In this document: one piece after another, positions 1 to 9,556 of the stretch
Position numbering within the stretch: position 1 is the stretch's first letter
Layout: each line of letters opens with the position of its first letter
Source of the DNA: Flavobacteriaceae bacterium
GTDB taxonomy: Bacteria > Bacteroidota > Bacteroidia > Flavobacteriales > Flavobacteriaceae
DNA: 32,000 nt
Direction: 5' to 3'
Assembly: GCA_965224465.1 (NCBI GenBank)
Contig: OZ245049.1
Coordinates: 780,001 to 812,000, forward strand
Translations under genes and position numbers: made by a program
The notes under the pieces: model-generated
What the model saw: only the letters and a program-made list of their open reading frames with translations
What the model was told of the DNA's origin: nothing
The model's database searches: none

Positions 1-70
1 TAAAAGGTTCTATCACAACATTGGTTGCTATTTTTGCTCCTGGATGAACATATGCAAGTGGTTGATTCAT
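1..70 (-). CDS. lpxA: Acyl-ACP--UDP-N-acetylglucosamine O-acyltransferase LpxA, N-terminal fragment (gene runs off the window)
   Basis: Minus-strand ATG at 70 gives MNQPLAYVHPGAKIATNVVIEPF, which looks like an LpxA N-terminus. It lies 2 nt downstream of lpxC/fabZ, the usual Bacteroidota lpxD-lpxC/fabZ-lpxA order. Only 23 codons are visible. Confidence 0.6.
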   Translation of the reverse strand, partial: MNQPLAYVHPGAKIATNVVIEPF

Positions 71-72
71 AT

Positions 73-1467
73 TTATTTAGGTTTTTTAGCTATTTGTGCC
101 ATTAACTGTGCTTCTACTACTATTTTCCCGTTTGCATATCCGTATGCTTGCATATGACATATCCCACGACGAATAGGACTCATTAATTCTGCCCTAAAGA
201 TCAAGGTATCTCCTGGCAATACTTTTTGTTTGAATTTTACATTGTCCATTTTCATAAAATAGGTCAAGTAATTTTCTGGATCCGGTACTGTATTTAAGAC
301 CAATACTCCTCCACACTGAGCCATTGCTTCTACTTGTAACACTCCTGGCATTACAGGTGCTCCAGGAAAATGCCCCACAAAGAAATTCTCGTTCATGGTT
401 ACATTTTTCATCCCAACAACATGTGTATCAGAAAGCTCTAAAATACGATCGATTAACAAAAACGGAGGTCTGTGTGGCAATACTTCCATAATTTGATAAA
501 TATCCATTAACGGTGGTAAAGACAAATCGTATACAGGTACTTTATTTCTTTTTTCTTGTTTGATTATCTTTGCCAATTTCTTCGCAAAAACAGTATTGAT
601 TAAATGTCCAGGCTTGTTTGCTATTACTTTCCCCTTGATACGCGTCCCAACCAATGCTAAATCTCCAATTACATCTAACAATTTATGACGTGCTGCTTCA
701 TTTGCCCAACGCAAAGTTAGGTTATCTAAAATCCCATTAGGATTTACCGTTAACTTTTCTTTATTAAAAGCTTTTAGTAGCTTCTTCATTGTTCCTTCAG
801 AAATCGGCTGATCTACATACACAATAGCATTGTTTAGATCTCCTCCTTTAATAAGGTTGTTATCTAATAATGTTTCCAACTCGTGTAAAAAACTAAACGT
901 TCTCGCATCCGCTATTTCCTCCTTAAATTCTGACAAAGAATTCATGGTCATATTTTGAGTTCCAAGTATTTTAGTCCCAAAATCAACCATAGAAGTAATT
1001 GAATACTCATCTGCAGGCATTAAAATAATTTCACTCCCTGTTTTTTCGTCTCTGTGTGTAATAACCTCGGTTACAACATACTCTTCACGAATAGCATCTT
1101 GATCTACCAAGCCCGCTTTAGATAAAGCTTGCATAAACTCTTTAGAAGAACCGTCCATAATTGGAGGTTCAGGAGAGTTCATTTCTATTAAAATATTATC
1201 TATATCACAGGCAACTACTGCTGCCAATACATGCTCCGAAGTATGTATTGCAACACCATTTTTCTCTAGTGTTGTTCCCCTTTGTGTACTCGTCACAAAT
1301 TCAGCTTTAGCTTCAATTACTGGGTGACCTTCTAAATCAAGTCTTGCAAAAGCATATCCAGCATTTACTGGAGCCGGTTTAAATGTCATGGTTACTTTTT
1401 TACCCGTATGCAATCCTACACCAGATAAAGTAACTTCATTTTTAATCGTTTTTTGTTTTAAACTCAT
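73..1467 (-). CDS. lpxC: Bifunctional UDP-3-O-acyl-GlcNAc deacetylase / 3-hydroxyacyl-ACP dehydratase (LpxC-FabZ fusion)
   Basis: 464-aa ORF. The N-terminal half is LpxC-like (TLSGVGLHTGKKV..., HTSEHVLAA). The C-terminal half is a FabZ hotdog (LPHRPPFLLIDRI, GHFPGAPVMPGVLQVEAMAQ). This fusion is typical of Bacteroidota. Confidence 0.95.
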   Translation of the reverse strand: MSLKQKTIKNEVTLSGVGLHTGKKVTMTFKPAPVNAGYAFARLDLEGHPVIEAKAEFVTSTQRGTTLEKNGVAIHTSEHVLAAVVACDIDNILIEMNSPEPPIMDGSSKEFMQALSKAGLVDQDAIREEYVVTEVITHRDEKTGSEIILMPADEYSITSMVDFGTKILGTQNMTMNSLSEFKEEIADARTFSFLHELETLLDNNLIKGGDLNNAIVYVDQPISEGTMKKLLKAFNKEKLTVNPNGILDNLTLRWANEAARHKLLDVIGDLALVGTRIKGKVIANKPGHLINTVFAKKLAKIIKQEKRNKVPVYDLSLPPLMDIYQIMEVLPHRPPFLLIDRILELSDTHVVGMKNVTMNENFFVGHFPGAPVMPGVLQVEAMAQCGGVLVLNTVPDPENYLTYFMKMDNVKFKQKVLPGDTLIFRAELMSPIRRGICHMQAYGYANGKIVVEAQLMAQIAKKPK

Positions 1468-2502
1468 TTAGTTTTCCTTTAAAGCTTTAATCTCTTTTTC
1501 TAATTGACTGACCTTCTTTACCAATGCGGGTAAATTTTTAAAATGAACATATGATTTACTAAAATCTCCATATTTAAAAGCTGGAGTTCCTTGTACTACA
1601 GATTTGTTTTTTAAACTTTTACCTACACCTGATTTTGCTTGTATATGCACATTATCACCAATGGTAATATGACCTACAATACCAACCTGACCACCAATCA
1701 TACAATTTTTACCTATTTTTGTTGAACCCGCAATTCCTGTCAACGCAGCAATTACAGTATTCATTCCCACCTCTACATTGTGAGCAATCTGAATTTGATT
1801 GTCTAGTTTTACCCCTTTTCTGATAATAGTAGAACCAAGTGTAGCTCTATCTATTGTAGTACCAGCTCCTATTTCTACATCGTCCTCTATAACAACATTC
1901 CCAATTTGGGGTACCTTGCTATACACACCTTTATCATCTGGAGCAAAACCAAATCCATCAGCGCCTAACACGGTATTAGAATGAATAATACAATTCGATC
2001 CTATGACGCTTTCAGAACAAATCTGACATCCAGAAAAAATAGTACTACCATTCGCTATCGTAACATTATCTCCAATAAACGCATTTGGATAAATTTTTAC
2101 ATTGTCTCCAATCTTTACATTGTCTCCTAAGTACACAAAGGCTCCAATATAACAATTGGCTCCAACAGTTGCTGTTTCACTTATAAAGTTAGGTTTTTCA
2201 ATCCCTATTTTTTGCCCACGAACTTCATCGTAAAACTTTAATAATTTAGAAAAGGCTTTATAAGCATCTTCTACTTTTATTAGAGTAGTTTCAATAGGAC
2301 GATCTGGTACAAAATCTTTACTTACAATTGCTATTGTTGCATTTGTTTCGTAAATATAGGGCGTATATTTAGGATTGGACAAAAAGGTTAACGTGCCTTC
2401 TACTCCTTCTTCTATTTTAGCGAGATTTGAAACTTCGGCATTCGGATCACCAATAATTTCACCTTCTAAAATTTCTGCTATTTGACTTGCTGTAAATTTC
2501 AT
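1468..2502 (-). CDS. lpxD: UDP-3-O-(3-hydroxyacyl)glucosamine N-acyltransferase LpxD
   Basis: Left-handed beta-helix hexapeptide repeats ([23 protein letters not shown]...) and an LpxD-like N-terminus, [20 protein letters not shown] chose the ATG at 2502; the ORF-track extension to 2535 adds a non-conserved hydrophobic stretch. The stop abuts the lpxC/fabZ start. Confidence 0.92.
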   Translation of the reverse strand: MKFTASQIAEILEGEIIGDPNAEVSNLAKIEEGVEGTLTFLSNPKYTPYIYETNATIAIVSKDFVPDRPIETTLIKVEDAYKAFSKLLKFYDEVRGQKIGIEKPNFISETATVGANCYIGAFVYLGDNVKIGDNVKIYPNAFIGDNVTIANGSTIFSGCQICSESVIGSNCIIHSNTVLGADGFGFAPDDKGVYSKVPQIGNVVIEDDVEIGAGTTIDRATLGSTIIRKGVKLDNQIQIAHNVEVGMNTVIAALTGIAGSTKIGKNCMIGGQVGIVGHITIGDNVHIQAKSGVGKSLKNKSVVQGTPAFKYGDFSKSYVHFKNLPALVKKVSQLEKEIKALKEN

Positions 2503-2537
2503 TGTCAGCAAAAATATAAAAAATAATTGACACAAAC

Positions 2538-3767
2538 CTATTTCTTAGGTACACAGAGAAAGTACTTAATTACAGGTTTTGATAAAGCGTGAATATTTAA
2601 ATGATCAGAAGCAGCTACAACATCCAATATATTTCCGTTTTTATAAAGTATATGTATCGGATCTACATCGATGCTATACGCTTGATTTTGAATAGTTCCA
2701 CTAAACACATAATAGTCTATTTCTGATTTCAATGCAGGATGCTCCTTAATAAAATCTCTTTTTATTGCTGTAATTTCACCTTCTGAAAACGGCTTTTTTT
2801 GTACAATAACTTTTGGTAATTTTCTATTAATAATTGCCGATGATAGGTAAGCTAACGCTGTATCTTCATGGTCACTCCACTCTTTTATCGCACTTAACAC
2901 ATCATAATCGTCTAATTTAGAAAAAAGATCTAATACCTCAAGGTTAAAATTATGAAGGTCTATTTCTGATTTTAAAAAAAACGAAAAAGTCTTGTTTGCA
3001 GGTACATACACCCCGCTTGCTACTAGTTCCTTTGCACGTTTTAGTACTTTTTTCAAAATACGTTCCGCTACCACTCCTGTTTTATGCAAATAAACCTGCC
3101 AATACATTAACCTACGTGCAACAATAAACTTTTCTATAGAGTAAATTCCTTTTTCCTCCATGACTAATTCATCATCTTTAACGTGCAACATCGCAATTAA
3201 ACGATCCGAATTTATATTCCCCTCAGAAACCCCTGTATAAAAACTATCTCTTTTTAAATAATCCATCCTATCTATATCTAACTGACTAGATACCAGTTGT
3301 AATAAAAAATTTCGTGGGTATTCTCCTTTAAATATAGAAATAGCCAACGATAACTTCCCTTCAAACGTTACATTTAATGCTTCCATAAACTTCAAGGACA
3401 ATTCCTCGTGATGAATCCCTTGTATAATACTTTGTTCCAAAGCATGAGAAAATGCACCATGGCCTATATCGTGAAGTAAAATAGCAATCAATACTCCTTG
3501 CGCCTCTTCTGAAGATATCTCAACGCCTTTGAAACGGAGAACATGAATTGCTTTTTGCATCAGATGCATACAGCCTAAAGCATGTTGAAAACGCGTATGA
3601 TGCGCCCCTGGGTAAACCAAATAAGAAAGTCCCATTTGAGAGATCCTTCTTAATCGCTGAAAATAAGGATGTTCGATCAAATCAAAAATTAAGGCATTCG
3701 GAATCGTAATAAAACCGTAAATTGGGTCGTTAAGTATTTTTAACTTGTTGGTAGCATGACTAGTCAA
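2538..3767 (-). CDS. HD-domain phosphohydrolase, SAMHD1-like / COG1078-type putative dNTP triphosphohydrolase
   Basis: Motifs [43 protein letters not shown] and [12 protein letters not shown] match the SAMHD1-like HD family. I prefer the in-frame TTG at 3767 because a minus-strand TATCTTTG -7 box sits at 3793-3800. The longer ORF to 3860 would overlap the porX start. The start is uncertain. Confidence 0.8.
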   Translation of the reverse strand: MTSHATNKLKILNDPIYGFITIPNALIFDLIEHPYFQRLRRISQMGLSYLVYPGAHHTRFQHALGCMHLMQKAIHVLRFKGVEISSEEAQGVLIAILLHDIGHGAFSHALEQSIIQGIHHEELSLKFMEALNVTFEGKLSLAISIFKGEYPRNFLLQLVSSQLDIDRMDYLKRDSFYTGVSEGNINSDRLIAMLHVKDDELVMEEKGIYSIEKFIVARRLMYWQVYLHKTGVVAERILKKVLKRAKELVASGVYVPANKTFSFFLKSEIDLHNFNLEVLDLFSKLDDYDVLSAIKEWSDHEDTALAYLSSAIINRKLPKVIVQKKPFSEGEITAIKRDFIKEHPALKSEIDYYVFSGTIQNQAYSIDVDPIHILYKNGNILDVVAASDHLNIHALSKPVIKYFLCVPKK

Positions 3768-3805
3768 GGAGAATATATTTAAAATTAAACTACAAAGATA
3801 GTAAT

Positions 3806-5353
3806 ATGAGCGAGATACACATTTTATGGGTGGATGATGAAATAGATTTATTAAAACCACATATCCTGTTTTTAGAAAAAAAAGGCTACACCGTGAGTAA
3901 ATGCACCAATGGAGCTGATGCCATCGACATGATTGATGACATCTCTTACGATATCATTTTTCTAGATGAAAACATGCCAGGTCTAAGTGGTTTAGATACT
4001 TTAATGGAAATTAAAGCCAAGCAAAATCAATTACCTGTGGTGATGATTACCAAAAACGAAGAAGAATATATAATGGAAGATGCCATTGGTAATAAAATTG
4101 CAGATTACCTAATTAAGCCCGTAAATCCGAACCAAATATTATTAAGTTTAAAAAAGATACTAGATCATTCTCGATTAATTTCTGAAAAAACAACTTCTAA
4201 TTACCAACAAGAATTCAGGAAAATTTCCATGGATTTAATGATGGTTAATAGCTACGATGAGTGGGTAGCTTTGTATAAAAAATTAGTTTTCTGGGAAATT
4301 GAATTAGAGCATATTAACGACACTGGAATGTCAGAAATATTGCAAAGTCAAAAGAAAGAAGCCAATAATTTATTTTTTAAATTCGTCAAAAAAAACTACC
4401 ACAGTTGGGTAAATAATAATGACGGTCCTTTACTTTCGAATCAATTATTTAAAGCAAAAGTACTTCCCGAATTAAGTAAAGAGCAAGGAACATTGTTAGT
4501 TGTAGTTGATAATTTACGGTATGATCAATTTGTGATTTTAGAAAAATCGATCAACAAACATTATAAAAAACAAGAAGAATCTTCCTATTTAAGTATCCTC
4601 CCTACTGCCACACAATATGCTCGAAATGCCATATTTTCTGGTCTCACTCCCTTAGAGATGGAAAAACAACATCCAGAATACTGGAAAAATGATACCGAAG
4701 AAGGTGGGAAGAACTTATTTGAAAAAGAATTCTTAGAAGCACAAATGAAAAGACTTCAAGCAGATTTTACTTGGGATTACTTTAAAATAACAAACTTAAG
4801 AGTAGGAAAACAGTTGGTCACAAACTTTAATGCTGCAAAAAATGTAGATCTCACCGTTATTGTTTATAATTTTGTAGATATGCTTTCGCATTCAAAAACA
4901 GACATGGAAGTAATTAAGGAATTAGCAGGGAGTGATAAAGCATATCGATCTTTAACAAATAGTTGGTTTAAAAACTCGCCTTTATTAGAAATAATAAAAA
5001 AAGCACAAACCCTAGGACTGAAATTAATTTTAACCACCGATCATGGAACAATCAATGTAACCACCCCTACAAAGGTTATAGGTGATAAAAATATCAGCGC
5101 TAATTTACGTTACAAAACTGGTCGTAGCCTGAGTTTCAATAAAAAAGAAGTTTTTGAAATGTCGTCTCCAAAAGATTTTTTCCTCCCAGAAATCAACATT
5201 AATAGTTCTTTTATATTCGCAAAAGAAGATTATTTTTTCGCCTACCCAAACAATTTTAATCATTATGTAAAATATTATAAAAACTCTTATCAACACGGAG
5301 GAATATCCCTTGAAGAAATGATTATTCCATGCGCAGTTTATAGTCCAAAATAA
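3806..5353 (+). CDS. porX: Response regulator with CheY-like receiver plus PglZ/alkaline-phosphatase-superfamily domain (PorX-type, type IX secretion regulator family)
   Basis: 515 aa. Receiver motifs are ILWVDDE, FLDENMPGLSG and YLIKP. The C-terminal PglZ-like region has VVVDNLRYDQF and LTTDHGT. Size and domain order match PorX. No cognate kinase is adjacent. Confidence 0.8.
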   Translation: MSEIHILWVDDEIDLLKPHILFLEKKGYTVSKCTNGADAIDMIDDISYDIIFLDENMPGLSGLDTLMEIKAKQNQLPVVMITKNEEEYIMEDAIGNKIADYLIKPVNPNQILLSLKKILDHSRLISEKTTSNYQQEFRKISMDLMMVNSYDEWVALYKKLVFWEIELEHINDTGMSEILQSQKKEANNLFFKFVKKNYHSWVNNNDGPLLSNQLFKAKVLPELSKEQGTLLVVVDNLRYDQFVILEKSINKHYKKQEESSYLSILPTATQYARNAIFSGLTPLEMEKQHPEYWKNDTEEGGKNLFEKEFLEAQMKRLQADFTWDYFKITNLRVGKQLVTNFNAAKNVDLTVIVYNFVDMLSHSKTDMEVIKELAGSDKAYRSLTNSWFKNSPLLEIIKKAQTLGLKLILTTDHGTINVTTPTKVIGDKNISANLRYKTGRSLSFNKKEVFEMSSPKDFFLPEININSSFIFAKEDYFFAYPNNFNHYVKYYKNSYQHGGISLEEMIIPCAVYSPK

Positions 5354-5378
5354 CTTATTTTTGCCTAAAACAGATGAC

Positions 5379-5786
5379 ATGAAACTGACTTATGGATTAC
5401 AAGACATCCCACAAGTAGCACGTACAATATTAGAGAATATTAAAAGTAAAAACCTATTGTTCTACGGTGAAATGGGGATGGGAAAAACCACTTTAATTAA
5501 GGAGATAATAAAGCAGCTAAACGTATTAGAAACAGTAAGTTCCCCAACGTATTCTATCGTAAATGAATACAGAACTACGCATGGAGAAACCGTGTATCAT
5601 TTTGATTTTTATCGCATTAATTCTGATGAAGAAGCCATGGATTTTGGAATAGAAGATTATTTCCACCAAGAGACTTGGTGTTTAATGGAATGGCCCAATA
5701 AAGTAGAAAATTTACTACCTTTAGACGCTGTTCAACTTTATCTAACAGCAGAAAACGATTCAGAAAGAACATTAGAAATTAGATAA
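5379..5786 (+). CDS. tsaE: tRNA t6A37 threonylcarbamoyl-adenosine biosynthesis ATPase TsaE
   Basis: P-loop GEMGMGKTTLIKEI, SPTYSIVNEY and a ~135-aa size. I prefer the ATG at 5379 to the TTG at 5361 used by the ORF track. Confidence 0.87.
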   Translation: MKLTYGLQDIPQVARTILENIKSKNLLFYGEMGMGKTTLIKEIIKQLNVLETVSSPTYSIVNEYRTTHGETVYHFDFYRINSDEEAMDFGIEDYFHQETWCLMEWPNKVENLLPLDAVQLYLTAENDSERTLEIR

Positions 5787-5788
5787 CA

Positions 5789-6991
5789 ATGAGTGTAAAG
5801 CCATCTTTTCCATTTAGTAAACAAGAACTTATCCCACAGGAAGAAATGCTTGAAGTGGAAAAACGTAAAGGAAAATTTGTAATTGGCATCCCCAAAGAAG
5901 TCCATTTTCAAGAAAAGAGAGTATGCCTTACTCCTGATGCTGTAGGTGCTTTAGTAGCGCAAGGACATCGATTTGTTATTGAATCGGGAGCAGGTGAAGG
6001 AGCAGACTATACGGATTCCGAATACTCGGAAGCTGGAGCTAAAATTTCTTACAGCGTTAAAGAAGCATTCGAATGTCAACTTATATTAAAAGTAGAACCT
6101 CCTACTTTAGATGAAATTACATATATAAACCCACAAAGTATTTTGTTTTCTGCCTTACAATTAAAGACACAACACAAATCATATTTTCAAGCTTTGGCAA
6201 AAAAGAGAATTACTGCCGTTGGTTTTGATTTTATTCGCGACAAACACGGTGTGTACACTGTGGTAAAATGCATGAGTGAAATTGCGGGGCAAGCATCTGT
6301 TTTAATTGCTTCAGAATTATTGAGCACTGCAAATAACGGCAACGGTTTATTATTAGGAAATATAAATGGTGTACCACCTACCGAAATTGTAATCATAGGA
6401 GCTGGAACTGTCGGTGAATTTGCAGCAAGGTCTGCTATTGGCTTAGGAGCAAATGTAAAAGTTTTTGACAACTCCCTAACCAAACTACGCAGTTTACAAG
6501 AACGTCTAGGACAACGTATCTATACTTCTACCATACAACCAAAAACATTACAAAAAGCATTGATGCGATGTGACGTAGCCATTGGAGCAGTGAGAGGAAA
6601 ATCCCGTTCTCCTATTTTTGTTACAGAAAACATGGTATCACTTATGAAAGATGGCGCCGTAATTGTTGATGTAAGTATAGACCGTGGAGGTTGTTTTGAG
6701 ACATCTGAAGTCACCAATCATAAAAACCCCACCATTAAAAAACATGGTGTCATCCATTATGGCGTTCCTAACATACCTTCCAGATACTCTAGAACCGCCT
6801 CAATATCACTAAGTAACACTTTTACTCCCTACTTATTACAAATAGCAGAAGAAGGCGGATTTGAAAATGCTGCTAGATATGATAAGAGTTTGCAAAAAGG
6901 GATGTACTTTTACCACGGAATACTAATCAATAAAAGCGTTGCTGATTGGTTTAGTCTTCCATTTAGAGATATTAATTTACTGTTTTTATAA
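5789..6991 (+). CDS. ald: Alanine dehydrogenase family (AlaDH/PNT) NAD-dependent dehydrogenase
   Basis: AlaDH/PNT N-domain (GIPKEVHFQEKRVCLTPDAV) and a Rossmann motif (VIIGAGTVGEFAARSAIGLGANVKVFD). It starts 3 nt after the tsaE stop. Confidence 0.85.
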   Translation: MSVKPSFPFSKQELIPQEEMLEVEKRKGKFVIGIPKEVHFQEKRVCLTPDAVGALVAQGHRFVIESGAGEGADYTDSEYSEAGAKISYSVKEAFECQLILKVEPPTLDEITYINPQSILFSALQLKTQHKSYFQALAKKRITAVGFDFIRDKHGVYTVVKCMSEIAGQASVLIASELLSTANNGNGLLLGNINGVPPTEIVIIGAGTVGEFAARSAIGLGANVKVFDNSLTKLRSLQERLGQRIYTSTIQPKTLQKALMRCDVAIGAVRGKSRSPIFVTENMVSLMKDGAVIVDVSIDRGGCFETSEVTNHKNPTIKKHGVIHYGVPNIPSRYSRTASISLSNTFTPYLLQIAEEGGFENAARYDKSLQKGMYFYHGILINKSVADWFSLPFRDINLLFL

Positions 6992-7372
6992 ATGAAGTTT
7001 TCACAACGTTTTTTCTATTATGCCATTGGGCTATCCCTTGGCTGTGTATTTGTATATTTTATTAGTACAAAAAAAGACACACAATCCTTTGATTATTTAC
7101 CAAATGCTCGTGTTCTTAAAAACATACGACTTAAAAAAAATAACTATAGCCCAGAAGCACTTAAGGATATGGTAAATCTTAAACTAGACACCACCGATAT
7201 TCATCTTTTTTTAGAAGAGGGGTCTGTAGATTTTAAACATAGCAACATTAAAGTAGATAGTTGTAAATCATATCAAATTGATGCTTTAATAAACGAGCAA
7301 GAAATGACTTTACATGTCTTAAATTGCAAAAACACAACCCAAATTCAAAAAATAGAGCTACAGCAAGATTAA
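6992..7372 (+). CDS. Hypothetical small membrane-anchored protein
   Basis: 126-aa ORF that starts the base after the ald stop. It has an N-terminal TM helix (FFYYAIGLSLGCVFVYFIS). I recognise no family. Confidence 0.5.
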   Translation: MKFSQRFFYYAIGLSLGCVFVYFISTKKDTQSFDYLPNARVLKNIRLKKNNYSPEALKDMVNLKLDTTDIHLFLEEGSVDFKHSNIKVDSCKSYQIDALINEQEMTLHVLNCKNTTQIQKIELQQD

Positions 7373-8046
7373 TCTTGCTGTTCCAAATAATAACGCTCTT
7401 TAATTTTTTTAATGCTTTTAATGCTTTTTTCTAGCCATTCTAAGTATTTTTGGTCTTGTAAACGATCCTCTAATCTCCATGCTACATCCGTAGCTCTTAA
7501 CCTAGCAGTTACATCGTTCAAAATAATAGCTGCAGCCACAGAGATATTCAAACTCTCGGTAAAGCCTACCATCGGAATTTTTAAGCTCACATCTGCCGCG
7601 TCCAAAACATCTTTAGATAAACCTTCCTTTTCTACACCAAAAAAGAATGCAGATTTTTTAGTAACATCAAAATCTGGCAATAAACAAGACTCATTATGCG
7701 GTGAAGTTGCCACAATTTGATACCCATCTTCTCTCAGTTTTTTTATAGATGCGATGGTATTATTAGTGTCATACTCATTATAATACGTAAAATCCATCCA
7801 TTTTTGAGCACCTTTAGCCACCTGATTTGTTGCTTTGAACCTATATTTACTTTCGATAACATGAATATCTTGTACTCCAAATATATCACAAGATCTCACC
7901 ACTGCACTTGCATTATGAGCTTGATAAATATCCTCGATAGCTACGGTAAAATGTTGGGTTCTATTTCTTAAAACTTCTTTGAATAATTCTTGACGTCTTT
8001 GCGAAACAATCGTTTCTAAAAACGCAACATATTTATGATCTATCAT
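7369..8046 (-). CDS. trmH: TrmH/SpoU-family RNA 2'-O-methyltransferase (tRNA Gm18-type)
   Basis: 225 aa with SpoU-type motifs (AIEDIYQAHNASAVVRSCD, FFFGVEKEGLS, IPMVGFTESLNISVAAAI). Its stop overlaps the convergent stop of the 6992-7372 ORF. Confidence 0.8.
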   Translation of the reverse strand: MIDHKYVAFLETIVSQRRQELFKEVLRNRTQHFTVAIEDIYQAHNASAVVRSCDIFGVQDIHVIESKYRFKATNQVAKGAQKWMDFTYYNEYDTNNTIASIKKLREDGYQIVATSPHNESCLLPDFDVTKKSAFFFGVEKEGLSKDVLDAADVSLKIPMVGFTESLNISVAAAIILNDVTARLRATDVAWRLEDRLQDQKYLEWLEKSIKSIKKIKERYYLEQQD

Positions 8047-8501
8047 TATTGATTTAAAATTTGATCCGTATGAAACTTTGTTTTTACTTTTGTAATAATA
8101 TCGGTGATAATCCCCTTTTCATCTATTACAAAAGTAACACGGTGGATTCCTTCATATTCACGTCCCATAAATTTTTTAGGTCCCCAAACGCCAAAAGCAT
8201 TAATAAGTACTTTTTCTTCATCTGCTATTAATGGATAAGGCAATTGATTTTTTACTTTAAAATTTTGTTGCCTTTTAGCACTGTCAGCACTTACTCCAAT
8301 AATTTCATAGCCTTTACTCACAAACATCTCGTAGTTATCCCTAAGGTTACAGGCTTCTGTAGTACAGCCAGGCGTGCTAGCTTTTGGGTAAAAAAACACC
8401 ACTAATTTTTTACCTTTAAACGAGTCCAAACTCCATGTTTTTCCTTGTTCATCCAACCCTGAGAAAGAGGGCGCTTTATCTCCTTTTTTTAATGTCAACA
8501 T
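8046..8501 (-). CDS. bcp: Thioredoxin-dependent thiol peroxidase (Bcp / peroxiredoxin Q)
   Basis: Sequence MLTLKKGDKAPSF...FFYPKASTPGCTTEAC carries the peroxiredoxin active site. I chose the ATG at 8501; the track extension to 8600 would overlap nth. The stop overlaps the trmH start by 1 nt (TAATG). Confidence 0.9.
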   Translation of the reverse strand: MLTLKKGDKAPSFSGLDEQGKTWSLDSFKGKKLVVFFYPKASTPGCTTEACNLRDNYEMFVSKGYEIIGVSADSAKRQQNFKVKNQLPYPLIADEEKVLINAFGVWGPKKFMGREYEGIHRVTFVIDEKGIITDIITKVKTKFHTDQILNQ

Positions 8502-8536
8502 AATGTGTATTTTTGAGCTGATAAAAGTAGTTAAAA

Positions 8537-9166
8537 ATGACCAAACAAGAAAAAGTTCAATTTGTAATTGACACCTTAGAAAAATTATATCCAGAAACAC
8601 CTATTCCATTAGATCATACAGATCCATACACCTTACTTATTTCTGTGTTATTATCTGCTCAAAGCACTGATGCTCGTGTAAATACCATTACGCCCCTGCT
8701 CTTTGCAAAAGCAAACACCCCTTATGAAATGATCAAACTATCTGTAGAAGAAATTAAAGAAATCATACGACCTGTAGGTTTATCTCCCATGAAATCGAAA
8801 GGAATTTATGGCTTATCGCACATCCTAATAGACAAACACAACGGTAAAGTTCCTCAAAACATGGAATATTTAGAAGAATTACCTGCCGTTGGGCATAAGA
8901 CAGCAAGTGTAGTAATGAGCCAAGCTTTTAACATCCCTTCATTTCCTGTAGATACGCACATCCATAGATTGATGTATCGATGGAACTTAAGCAATGGGAA
9001 AAATGTGGTGCAAACCGAAAAAGACGCCAAAAGATTATTTCCAAAAGAATTGTGGAACAAGTTACACCTTCAAATTATTTTTTACGGACGTCAATATTCC
9101 CCTGCTAGAGGATGGAAAACTGAAAACGATGTGATTCAGGCTACTATTGGACGGAAAAAATTGTAA
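8537..9166 (+). CDS. nth: Endonuclease III (DNA-(apurinic or apyrimidinic site) lyase)
   Basis: The HhH-GPD region (LPAVGHKTASVVM, VDTHIHRL) and the 209-aa size are typical of Nth. Confidence 0.92.
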   Translation: MTKQEKVQFVIDTLEKLYPETPIPLDHTDPYTLLISVLLSAQSTDARVNTITPLLFAKANTPYEMIKLSVEEIKEIIRPVGLSPMKSKGIYGLSHILIDKHNGKVPQNMEYLEELPAVGHKTASVVMSQAFNIPSFPVDTHIHRLMYRWNLSNGKNVVQTEKDAKRLFPKELWNKLHLQIIFYGRQYSPARGWKTENDVIQATIGRKKL

Positions 9167-9232
9167 ATGAATTTGAAATCTAAATTTTGAGGTATAAGAG
9201 CTTAGTTTTAAGACAGGATACTATACCAATTA

Positions 9233-9384
9233 AAATCCAAAATAACCGATATAAATAGTTTATTTTATGTGCTAACGTTGTTGAAAAATAGAACGATAGC
9301 TAAGGCTATCCTTCCATTTTCCGCCTTGCTATAATACCAATTAAAATCCATTTCTAAACCGTCACTTGGAAATGTAGTTGGTAT
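9233..9384 (-). repeat. Family-A intergenic repeat, copy 1 (composite: central+3' part followed by a mini-element)
   Basis: Aligns along its whole length with 14908-15066 and 17979-18134 (same orientation) and with 23869-24029 and 27772-27976 (reverse complement). The ends are ATACCAATTAAAATCCAAAA ... TTGGAAATGTAGTTGGTAT, an imperfect inverted repeat. It carries the conserved hairpin CATTTC-TAAACCGTCACTTG-GAAATG. Confidence 0.9.
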
Positions 9385-9515
9385 TACTGATAAAAAAAAG
9401 ACTCTCAACTTTTTGAAACAGGACTTTTGGCATGAACACATATCAAAACATACTGTTTGAGGAATCCGTTCTAATTGCAAAATCAAAGACGCGTATTTCC
9501 TCTTAATAAATCAAC

Positions 9516-9549
9516 AAAAAAAAACTCAGCTTGGTTACAGCTGAGTTTT
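9516..9549. terminator. Bidirectional rho-independent terminator
   Basis: 10-bp stem AAAACTCAGC/GCTGAGTTTT with a 9-nt loop. An A-run lies upstream and TTTT downstream, so a T-tract follows the hairpin on both strands. It lies 7 nt past the stop of the 47-codon ORF on the minus strand. Confidence 0.85.
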
Positions 9550-9556
9550 CAGAACA

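Noticed and set aside
8502-8600. N-terminal 33-codon extension of bcp in the ORF track, and similar upstream extensions for lpxD, tsaE, HAD, ytxJ, clpB and the HD gene.
   Set aside because: The extensions use non-ATG starts or add non-conserved hydrophobic sequence, and several would overlap the neighbouring divergent gene. Internal ATGs give canonical N-termini.
9265-9486. 73-aa ORF whose C-terminal AENGRIALAIVLFFNNVST resembles translations of the other family-A copies (AENLRIAVAIVLFFNNART in copy 5, NNLRIVLGILLFFNP in the 17893-18075 ORF), which suggested a repeated small-protein gene.
   Set aside because: In copies 4 and 5 a TAG stop lies immediately upstream in frame, with no start codon after it. 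Copy 2 diverges in this frame. The similarity stops exactly at the repeat boundaries. The conservation is at the nucleotide level, so these are not genes.
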